The notes under the pieces are model-generated. The model did no database searches. It was given only the letters and a program-made list of their open reading frames with translations, and was not told the origin of the DNA. Source: Acaryochloris marina S15 (GTDB taxonomy: Bacteria > Cyanobacteriota > Cyanobacteriia > Thermosynechococcales > Thermosynechococcaceae). Taken from it: a stretch of DNA of 32,000 nucleotides. The stretch spans positions 4,530,001 to 4,562,000 of the forward strand of contig NZ_CP064923.1 in assembly GCF_018336915.1 (NCBI RefSeq), read 5' to 3'. Positions 24,980 through 32,000 of the stretch are shown here, piece by piece; positions within the stretch are counted from its first letter, which is position 1, and each line of letters begins with the position of its first letter. The position numbers and the translations under genes were made by a program.

Positions 24980-25077
24980 AATATGACCAGAGAAGTTTAC
25001 TGCTTCAGTTTATTTCACCATGCTGTACTGATTCGCAGTCCACTCTGCCATGGTTGACTGGTTCATGCTTGTATCCC

Positions 25078-25968
25078 CTATGAATCGGAGGTCCCAACCA
25101 CTTGCACCAGCGGGTAACTGCCAAATACTTTGAGAACTTCAGTGTGCGAGGTTAATTCATCTAGAGCAGATTGAAAAAAGCTGGTATGTAAGTCAGCCTC
25201 TGCATCCACAAAAAATACATATTCCCCCAAGGAACGCTTGCTGGGACGAGATTCAATCCGACTGAGATTAATATGTCGGTCATTGAAAATCTTCAGGGGC
25301 TGCAGCAAAGCACCGGGAACATTCGCAGGCAAGCTGAAGGCTAAAGACGTATACACCGGGCTACCTTCTGGGGCAGTGATGGGATAAGGCGTATCTTTTT
25401 GACTCACGATCCAAAATCGGGTGCAGTTATCAGGATGATCTTGGATAGACCGCTGAATCACCGGCAATTGGTACAGTTGAGCCGCTCGTTCCGACGAGAT
25501 CGCCGCAATCGAACCATCCTCATCCACATAGTTAAGAGCCTCGGTCGTAGAGCTGGCTGGCACCAAGGTCGCTTGAGGCAAATTGTTTTTCAGCCAAGTC
25601 TGACATTGTCCGAGGGCTTGGGGATGGGAATAGACCGCTTGAATGGACTTTAATTGTTGCGCTTTGGCGATCAAAACATGCTCAATGGACAATACCAAAG
25701 CTTGACGAATCTGCAGAATTTCTAACTGCCAGACGGTGTCTAAGGTAACGGAGACACTGCCTTCAATTGAGTTTTCTACGGGAGAAACAGATAGTTTGGT
25801 ATCGCCAGCAGCTGTAGATTGCAGCGCTTGGGCAATGCTGGGGCAGGGGCAGAGGATGGGGGTCGGTTGTTGAGTGAGTTTAGCGTACCAATCCGCATAT
25901 GCGATCGCAGCTTGTTCTGCATAGGTTCCTGCAGGCCCAAGATGGGCAATGGAAAGCGCCATAGACAT
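25078..25968 (-). CDS. pheA: Prephenate dehydratase
   Basis: PDT domain (IAHLGPAGTYAEQAA, TRFWIV) and a C-terminal ACT domain with the ESRPSK motif. Confidence 0.9.
   Translation of the reverse strand: MSMALSIAHLGPAGTYAEQAAIAYADWYAKLTQQPTPILCPCPSIAQALQSTAAGDTKLSVSPVENSIEGSVSVTLDTVWQLEILQIRQALVLSIEHVLIAKAQQLKSIQAVYSHPQALGQCQTWLKNNLPQATLVPASSTTEALNYVDEDGSIAAISSERAAQLYQLPVIQRSIQDHPDNCTRFWIVSQKDTPYPITAPEGSPVYTSLAFSLPANVPGALLQPLKIFNDRHINLSRIESRPSKRSLGEYVFFVDAEADLHTSFFQSALDELTSHTEVLKVFGSYPLVQVVGTSDS
25901..25908. repeat. HIP1 octamer GCGATCGC
   Basis: Exact match, inside pheA. Confidence 0.95.
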
Positions 25969-26083
25969 CCCTGATCATTACAGACAGTTTATCTGGGTTT
26001 GTGAAAGTTCATCTGAGGAATCTACCCACGAATAAACCAAAGAAATGTAAAATTACCTTAACAGTCCCGTCACGCTCTCGTTT

Positions 26084-26668
26084 ATGCAACTTAACTTTGC
26101 AGCCTCCCATTCCGTCTTAATCACTGTTCCAGACGCATCTGTACCCATTCAGCATTATTTGCGCCAGCCCCGTCGCTTGGTTTATGCCCTCACAGATCGT
26201 AGCCGAGTTGAGCGTCTTGCTGATGACTGTTTCCGGCTCACCATGCGCCCCCGAGAATTTCTGGCCATGAGTTTTCAGCCTGTCGTCGACCTGAAGGTAT
26301 GGGCAGAACCCAACGGCACCGTACATTTACAGTCTGTTGGCTGTGAAATTCGCGGTATTGAGTATATTAATAACCGTTTTGATCTCAAATTAAACGGCAA
26401 ACTATATCCCCTAGCTACCGATGGCCCAGCCCAACTGATGGGTAAGGGAGATGTCAGTGTGAGCGTTGAACTCCCCCCACTTTTTTGGATGACCCCGCAA
26501 CCGATCTTAGAAGCAGCGGGCCAGCGGATTCTGCAAGGCATCTTTTTAACCTTCAAACAGAGACTAGGACATCAGCTTGTTGAGGATTATTTAAGGTGGG
26601 CAGGCACCTCTCAAACTTCTGAGACGGATACCGTTCGTAACTTATCGGCGAACCCTTCGACCTTCTAA
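26084..26668 (+). CDS. DUF1997-family protein
   Basis: 194 aa. The N-terminal pattern F.AS.SV.I.VPD...PIQHYLRQPRRLVYAL.D...VE.L....FRL.MRP is as I recall for cyanobacterial/plastid DUF1997 proteins. Confidence 0.7.
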   Translation: MQLNFAASHSVLITVPDASVPIQHYLRQPRRLVYALTDRSRVERLADDCFRLTMRPREFLAMSFQPVVDLKVWAEPNGTVHLQSVGCEIRGIEYINNRFDLKLNGKLYPLATDGPAQLMGKGDVSVSVELPPLFWMTPQPILEAAGQRILQGIFLTFKQRLGHQLVEDYLRWAGTSQTSETDTVRNLSANPSTF

Positions 26669-26681
26669 AATCCCTTGAAAG

Positions 26682-26957
26682 TCATGAAATAACTTGATTG
26701 CGACCTTGTTGTTTGGCTCGATAAAGGGCAGCATCCGCCGCTTCAAGTAACTCTGTTTGGGACTGTTGGGTATTGGGGATGAAAGCTGCCACCCCTAAGC
26801 TCAGGGTAACCTGATCGCTAGCAGATGAAGCCTTATGGGGAATCATTAGGGCTTCATCTGCCGTCCGTACAATCTCAGCAATGTGGGCTGCACCAGCGAG
26901 GGGCGTATTCGGAAGCAACACCACAAACTCTTTCCCACCATAGCCTGCATTATTCAT
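26682..26957 (-). pseudogene. Truncated GGDEF-domain remnant (C-terminal half of a diguanylate cyclase domain with a degenerate GGKEF motif)
   Basis: The 91-aa ORF MNNAGYGGKEFVVLLPNT...VTLSLGVAAF...LLEAADAALYRAKQQGRNQV covers only the GG(D/E)EF strand to the end of the domain. An in-frame TGA (26972..26970) lies 5 codons upstream, and the cobI stop is at 26995, so there is no room for the N-terminal half. Confidence 0.6.
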
Positions 26958-26994
26958 GAGAGGTTCTCTTCAGGAAATAAAGAGAACTTGGCTA

Positions 26995-27765
26995 TCAATC
27001 CAAATTGGTTTTAGTGCCAGCCTTCTTGGTAATGATCAGGAGAGAAAAATATGGCAATTCTAAGTCTGGATATTGCTCAAGATTAGGGTAGATTTCTTGC
27101 TCATCAGTACTGGCTCGGATGACGACGGAACTAGACTGTAAGAGGTTGTGTTGTTTTAAAATTTGCCAAACCTTGGGATAGACACTGCTCACCTTCAGCA
27201 AGACCACTACATCTGCCCACGTTAATGCTTCTGTTAAATTTTCAAGTCTTTGTAGTGTCGGTAATATGGCCAATCGATCTCGCTGATAGGTCAGGGGAAG
27301 ATTCAAGGCGGCAGCTGCGGCCATCGGTGAACTAATCCCCGGAATACGCTGGATTAGAGCCTTGGGCTGGAGGTTAGTCAGGGTATCAGCTAGATAATTA
27401 AAAGTGCTATACATGCCGATATCACCTTCACAGGCAAAGGCAATATCCTGCCCGTTGCAAAGGAACTTCCAAACGGTTTTTGCCGCTCGCTGCCAAGCTT
27501 CGTGCAGTTGTTCAGGCTCCTGAACATAAGGAAAGATTAGGGGTAGTCGATATTGTGAAGACAGCCAAGGCGTAATAATTTGTTCGGCAATTCCAGGGTT
27601 ACCATTAAGGCCCGCAGGATAGGAAACAATAGGGCATTGTTGGAGATACTTGAGGCCTTTAACACTAATTAATTCGGAGTCTCCAGGGCCTACACCAATC
27701 CCATATAATGTGCCAATCTGAGGGAATGTTACCAAAATAATGTCGTCTCTCAATAGTGATAACAA
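26995..27765 (-). CDS. cobI: Precorrin-2 C(20)-methyltransferase
   Basis: GTLYGIGVGPGDSELISVKGLKYLQQCPIVSYPAGLNGNPGIAEQII...FACEGDIGMYSTFNYLADTL...IPGISSPMAAAAAL is the tetrapyrrole methylase fold with CobI/CbiL-type motifs. The track start is a TTG, and the exact start is uncertain. Confidence 0.82.
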   Translation of the reverse strand: MLSLLRDDIILVTFPQIGTLYGIGVGPGDSELISVKGLKYLQQCPIVSYPAGLNGNPGIAEQIITPWLSSQYRLPLIFPYVQEPEQLHEAWQRAAKTVWKFLCNGQDIAFACEGDIGMYSTFNYLADTLTNLQPKALIQRIPGISSPMAAAAALNLPLTYQRDRLAILPTLQRLENLTEALTWADVVVLLKVSSVYPKVWQILKQHNLLQSSSVVIRASTDEQEIYPNLEQYPDLELPYFSLLIITKKAGTKTNLD

Positions 27766-27900
27766 AGTGATGGGTCATTGCCATCAAAGCTTGAGTTCCT
27801 AGGGTATCTTATCGGTGGCTTGTTCCCAATACAGTCTGGAAGAAAACTGTGGCGACCGGCAAATCCACAGGCGATACATCAAGAAAAATGTTAGGTCAGA

Positions 27901-28554
27901 GTGGCTATGGTGCTCATTGATGCCTCTCGTTATGCAGCATCCCATCAAGATCAATTAATTGAAGCGATCCAGCAACATCTGCTGTTGGTTAGTGTGCCCT
28001 TAGGGATAGCTATGGTGATTGGCGGATATGGGGGGTGGCAATGTGCCTGCTGGTCTCAACGCTCAGCTAAGCGATCCATAGTGCTGCTGAATTTGTTTAA
28101 TGGACTGCGCGTTATTCCGAGTCTGGCAATCCTATTTTTGCTGATTCCCATATTGGGCCTCACCTTTCAAGCTGCGGCGTTTGCCCTCTGTCTATTAGCC
28201 ATCCCGCCAATTTTATTGGCGACGGAAGTGGGCTTTAGAACCGTTCCAGCCACGGTTCGAGAGGTGGGATTAGCCATGGGCATGACCCCGTGGCAACTCT
28301 TTCGCCAAGTGGATTTACCCTTGGCACTACCTGTCATCCTATCAGGAGTAAAAACAGCCACCCTGGAAGTCATTGCCAGCGCAACTTTAGCCGCTTTTAT
28401 CGGTGCTGGCGGCTTAGGTGCGTTTATTACCCTCGGGTTTGCCCTCAATGAACCGGCAATTTTGCTGGTCGGAGCCATCCCGGTTGCCGGTATGGCTATC
28501 TTGGCAGAAGGATTATTGAATCATTTGCAACAATTACTGCGGCTACACGCTTAG
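27901..28554 (+). CDS. ABC transporter permease (OpuBB/ProW-like osmoprotectant-type, BPD_transp_1)
   Basis: 217 aa with about 5-6 transmembrane segments and an EAA-like loop (VREVGLAMGMTPWQLFRQVDLPLALPVILSG). The start is GTG at 27901 or ATG at 27907. Confidence 0.78.
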   Translation: MAMVLIDASRYAASHQDQLIEAIQQHLLLVSVPLGIAMVIGGYGGWQCACWSQRSAKRSIVLLNLFNGLRVIPSLAILFLLIPILGLTFQAAAFALCLLAIPPILLATEVGFRTVPATVREVGLAMGMTPWQLFRQVDLPLALPVILSGVKTATLEVIASATLAAFIGAGGLGAFITLGFALNEPAILLVGAIPVAGMAILAEGLLNHLQQLLRLHA

Positions 28555-29207
28555 TCATGAATCGTGCCGTCCGGCATGGTCGTCCCTTTTAGTAGCGCTT
28601 CATAGGGATTCGCACGACAAAGATTAGCACGATACAAATTAGCACGGCAAAGGTTCGCTTTACGAAGGTTGGCTTCCAGGAAATTAGCCAAGCCTAAATT
28701 AGCTTCAATGAGGTTTGCCCCTTCTAAATTGGCCTGATTCGCGTTGGCCATATAGAAATTTACCCGCATCATATTGGCTTGAAAATAATCGGTGAGAGAG
28801 TTCTCTGTCGCTTTAAGATTGGCACCGACTAGGCTCGCTCTGCGGATGATGGCTTTGGATAAATTGGCTTTATGGCATTTAGATTGGGAAAGGTTTGTTT
28901 TGTACAAATCAGCCCCTTCCAAATTGGCACATTCAAGGTTAGCCGATTCTAAATTGGCATGAATCAGATCAGCCATCCGTAAGTTAGCCCCTTGTAAACT
29001 CGCTCGATGCAAGTTGGCTTGTCTCAGATCGGCCCCTTCTAAATTGGCATAGGTTAAGTTGACCTGATCCAGATTGGCGGATTCTAGGATACATCCACTT
29101 AAGTTCGCCCCTTCCAGATCAGGGCGGACCAAGAGATTTTGCCCTCGCCAATTATTCCAAACTTCAATGCCTTGCTTGATCAAGTCGAGATGTTCTGCAT
29201 TCGCCAT
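28551..29207 (-). CDS. Pentapeptide-repeat protein (cytoplasmic, 218 aa)
   Basis: MANAEHLDLIKQGIEVWNNWRGQNLLVRPDLEGANLSG is followed by continuous A(D/N)LxX repeats. Its stop overlaps the stop of the convergent permease by 4 bp. Confidence 0.9.
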   Translation of the reverse strand: MANAEHLDLIKQGIEVWNNWRGQNLLVRPDLEGANLSGCILESANLDQVNLTYANLEGADLRQANLHRASLQGANLRMADLIHANLESANLECANLEGADLYKTNLSQSKCHKANLSKAIIRRASLVGANLKATENSLTDYFQANMMRVNFYMANANQANLEGANLIEANLGLANFLEANLRKANLCRANLYRANLCRANPYEALLKGTTMPDGTIHD

Positions 29208-29261
29208 TAGCTAGGCCTTTCTATGCGAGGAGGGCAAAAAATAGCGCCGGATAGAGGTGAA

Positions 29262-29528
29262 TTAATGCTTTTTCTTTCGAGAATAGCTGGTTTCAATCAG
29301 TCCAGACTTTAGAGGTTCGCCTATTTCGCGCTCCATACGGATAATTTTGCGCGTTAAGTACTCAATGGTTTGGCGCTTAATCCACCCGCGTTCAACGAGG
29401 ATATCACCAAAACGCATCCCAGTAGCCTCTTGATCATTTAAGGCTACATCGACTTGAGATTCAGAGACTAGTCCAGCGTCAATGAGATAACTCCCCAAGC
29501 GCTTAGTTAACGGATCATAGGACAGCAT
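29262..29528 (-). CDS. Small stand-alone T2SSE_N/MshEN-like domain protein (candidate c-di-GMP binder)
   Basis: 88 aa. It has two tandem motifs, RLGSYLIDAGLVSESQVDVALNDQ and RFGDILVERGWIKRQTIEYLTRKI, separated by the 5 residues EATGM. They fit the MshEN motif RLGxx(LVI)(LVI)xxG(LVI)(LVI)xxxxLxxxLxxQ. The gene is 54 bp upstream of the pentapeptide gene on the same strand. Confidence 0.6.
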   Translation of the reverse strand: MLSYDPLTKRLGSYLIDAGLVSESQVDVALNDQEATGMRFGDILVERGWIKRQTIEYLTRKIIRMEREIGEPLKSGLIETSYSRKKKH

Positions 29529-29730
29529 AAAGGTACTATTTGCGGTAAATCGACGTCAATGAATGAGTGCACGACCTGAATATTTTCTCTCTTTTTGAAA
29601 AGAGAAAGGCCGATATTCCTATACCTAAAATGCCCTTTTATTGGCATAAAAAGATCACTCAAATCAATTTCTGTTGGTTCCTAGAAACATTTATGTTAGC
29701 TCAATAGCATGAATGGCCTAGAACTTAGCC

Positions 29731-30492
29731 TTACAGGCCCGATAAGGCTTCATCCATAAATTCAACGTTGGCCGTGACGGACTGCACATCGTCCAGATCT
29801 TCTAAGGCGTCCATCAGACGAATAAGAGATTTGGCTTGATCGGGATCTGCGATCGCAACTGACGTTTCCCCAATCCAGCGTATTTCAGCATCTAGAACCT
29901 GGAATTCTTGGGCTTTCAGCGCTTCAGTCACGATTTCTAATACCGTCACCTCTGTGCTCACTTCAGCAATCGCTTGATCATCTTCTTCCACAAACTCATA
30001 AGAATCTGCACCTGCTTCCACTAGGAATTCTAGAAGTTGATCTTCATCGACAGGCCCGAGGACTGAAATAACGCCCTGTTGATGAAACATCCAGCCGACA
30101 CAGCCCGTCTCCCCCAAGTTACCGCCATACTTATTAAACGCTGCTCGCAAATCAGCCGCAGTCCGATTGCGATTATCAGTCATGGCTTCAATCAAGAGGG
30201 CAACACCACCCATGCCATACCCTTCGTAGCGAATTTCTTCCCACTGGTCTCCTTCTGCATCGAGTTGTCCTGAGCCCTTGGCAATAGCCCGGTCAATATT
30301 TTCATTTGGAATACCGGCTGCCTTGGCTTTATCAATGGCAGACCGCAACTGAAAATTACCGTTCGGGTCAGCAGAGCCATGGCGGGCTGCCACAATAATG
30401 GCTCTAGAGAGACGGGCAAACACTTTTCCTTTCTTGGCATCCACCCTCGCTTTTTGCCGCTTAATGTTTGCCCATTTACTATGTCCTGCCAT
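29731..30492 (-). CDS. yebC: YebC/PmpR-family DNA-binding transcriptional regulator
   Basis: [37 protein letters not shown]...[28 protein letters not shown] is the canonical YebC sequence. Confidence 0.92.
   Translation of the reverse strand: MAGHSKWANIKRQKARVDAKKGKVFARLSRAIIVAARHGSADPNGNFQLRSAIDKAKAAGIPNENIDRAIAKGSGQLDAEGDQWEEIRYEGYGMGGVALLIEAMTDNRNRTAADLRAAFNKYGGNLGETGCVGWMFHQQGVISVLGPVDEDQLLEFLVEAGADSYEFVEEDDQAIAEVSTEVTVLEIVTEALKAQEFQVLDAEIRWIGETSVAIADPDQAKSLIRLMDALEDLDDVQSVTANVEFMDEALSGL
29849..29856. repeat. HIP1 octamer GCGATCGC
   Basis: Exact match, inside yebC. Confidence 0.95.
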
Positions 30493-30854
30493 GCGTAGCC
30501 CAAGCCGTCAATGATATGGAAGTATTTACGATTTTCATTATGGCACTGCCAGTCCCCTGAATAAGGCGACTGAATCCTGCATATTTATTCCTTTTGGAAC
30601 AGATAACTTCATAGGATCAAAGTGAACAGGCTGGACATTTTTGCCAGCCTATTGAGCAGGATGTCGGTTGGATAACGTCACCAGCCGTCGAGCTTAAGGG
30701 ATAATGGCAGGATGAGTAAATCCGATGGGTAACCTACAGGTACAGTTCCCTCTTTTCCCTTATTAGGAAAGAGGTTTGTTACTGCCATCGCTGTGTCCAC
30801 CCAAGATTTAGTCATCACAAATGGCCACACCAGTAGGGAATACAACTGATATCC

Positions 30855-31595
30855 ATGCAGCTAACTTCTGAGCAACCCCAATCTTTGCCCATATTGGGAT
30901 TAGCAGTCGATATTCTGCCCGACTATACCCAATGGTTGGCAGCTCAGATTGCTCAGAACGAGGGACGCCATGTCGTCACCTTAAATGCAGAAATGACCAT
31001 GCAGGCTCGGGAAAATCCTGAGTTAGCTCAGATTATCCAAGAGGCAGGTCTTGTAATCCCTGATGGGGCTGGGGTTGTCATGCATTTCCGCCTGCGTGGG
31101 CGCAAGATTGATCGTTGCCCTGGGATTGAAATGGCTGAGGCCCTTTTACAAGCTAGTGAACAGAACAATTGGTCCTTTTTCTTTTATGGCGGCGCGCCCG
31201 GTGTAACGGAGCAGGCAGCTCAAAAATGGCAGCAACAGCAGCCCACCATCAATATTGCAGGAACACAGAATGGTTACATTTCTGGCGAAGAACTAGACGA
31301 TTTTTGCCAGACGCTCAAGCAACTGCAACCTCAAGTTATTTTTGTAGGTTTGGGAGTTCCCAGACAAGAATTCTGGATAGCAGAGCATCGCCATTTATGT
31401 CCCCATGCCATTTGGGTGGGGGTTGGTGGCAGCTTTGATATCTGGGCAGAAACGAAAACCCGCGCACCGAAATGGCTCTGTGACAACAACCTGGAATGGG
31501 TCTATCGCCTATATCAGGAACCTTGGCGCTGGCGGCGAATGCTAGCGTTACCACAGTTTGCTTGGTGCTCTTTAATGGATACCCTAAGTAAATAG
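30855..31595 (+). CDS. WecB/TagA/CpsF-family glycosyltransferase
   Basis: VVTLNAEM, PDGAGVV, FFYGGAPGV, VGLGVPRQEFW and VGGSFD are family motifs. Confidence 0.85.
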   Translation: MQLTSEQPQSLPILGLAVDILPDYTQWLAAQIAQNEGRHVVTLNAEMTMQARENPELAQIIQEAGLVIPDGAGVVMHFRLRGRKIDRCPGIEMAEALLQASEQNNWSFFFYGGAPGVTEQAAQKWQQQQPTINIAGTQNGYISGEELDDFCQTLKQLQPQVIFVGLGVPRQEFWIAEHRHLCPHAIWVGVGGSFDIWAETKTRAPKWLCDNNLEWVYRLYQEPWRWRRMLALPQFAWCSLMDTLSK

Positions 31596-31597
31596 CA

Positions 31598-32000
31598 ATG
31601 ACCCAAGCGACCTTTTCCACCTCTACCATGTCTTCGACTTTTAAGCGATTGAAAGCCCAAGTGGACACTCCGGCCAATGCCCATTACACCGTGCAGCTAA
31701 AAAACGTTTGCAAGGTATATGCCCAGACGCGGTTTAGTTTATTGGACATAAATTTAACTCTAAAGCAGGGAGATTTTCTGTTTGTAACTGGAGCCTCAGG
31801 TGCGGGCAAGACCACGCTCATGAAGCTTATTTATGGGGCTGAGCAAGCAGATCGCGGCGAAGTTAGAGTCGCTGGCACGAATGTTGGCTTACTGAAGGGG
31901 AATCGACTGTCCCACCTGCGTCGGAAGTTAGGGGTAGTGTTTCAAGACTATAAGTTGATCCCTCGCTGGACGGTGGCTGAGAATGTGGCATTTGTGTTGC
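31598..32000 (+). CDS. ftsE: Cell-division ABC transporter ATP-binding protein FtsE (5' part; runs off the right edge)
   Basis: Hand translation gives MTQATFSTSTMSSTFKRLKAQV...VQLKNVCKVYAQTRFSLLDINLTLKQGDFLFVTGASGAGKTTLMKLIYGAEQADRGEVRVAG...LRRKLGVVFQDYKLIPRWTVAENVAFVL. This is the FtsE-type N-terminus with a Walker A motif. The frame is open to the window end. The ATG lies 2 nt after the glycosyltransferase stop. Confidence 0.82.
   Translation, partial: MTQATFSTSTMSSTFKRLKAQVDTPANAHYTVQLKNVCKVYAQTRFSLLDINLTLKQGDFLFVTGASGAGKTTLMKLIYGAEQADRGEVRVAGTNVGLLKGNRLSHLRRKLGVVFQDYKLIPRWTVAENVAFVL

Noticed and set aside
27766-27900. Possible cobalamin riboswitch upstream of cobI
   Set aside because: The spacer is only 135 bp. 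On the cobI strand it contains GCCACAG rather than the B12-box core GCCACTG, and I could not find the other conserved riboswitch segments. An Rfam scan would settle it.
29584-29655. Small A/U-rich hairpins (TCTCTTTT..AAAAGAGA and ATGCC..GGCAT) downstream of yebC as possible terminators
   Set aside because: The stems are short (5-8 bp) and almost entirely A-U. The first lacks a U-tract on the yebC strand. This is too weak to annotate.

Overview
This is a chromosomal segment from a cyanobacterium. The evidence is 12 exact copies of the HIP1 octamer GCGATCGC, a group-1 sigma factor ending in LKEYIR, a devBCA-type exporter, an SLH-domain porin, a DUF1997 protein and three pentapeptide-repeat proteins. 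Most genes are conserved housekeeping or accessory genes. Left to right they are: a truncated SLH/OprB porin preceded by a perfect Fur box; a minus-strand operon encoding a Dps-like protein, two unknown ORFs and a 2Fe-2S protein; devB-devC-devA; a secreted pentapeptide protein behind a textbook NtcA-type promoter; two tandem GTPase-DUF697 paralogs; tRNA-fMet; a BicA-like SulP transporter; sigA; dacB coupled to a copper P-type ATPase; an APH/P-loop kinase fusion; a 501-aa pentapeptide protein; a YpfJ metallopeptidase; a cupin-like ORF; an FHA/receiver-like protein that converges on and overlaps a DUF815 ATPase; pheA; DUF1997; a GGDEF remnant; cobI; an orphan ABC permease; a pentapeptide protein plus a small MshEN-like protein; yebC; a TagA-family glycosyltransferase; and the start of ftsE. 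I saw no CRISPR array, transposase, integrase, prophage or recognisable defence island. The best candidates for uncharacterised biology are the GTPase pair in which one member has a degenerate switch II, the FHA-receiver/DUF815 pair, and the stand-alone MshEN-like candidate c-di-GMP receptor next to a pentapeptide protein. All functional calls come from reading motifs by eye. No database search was run.
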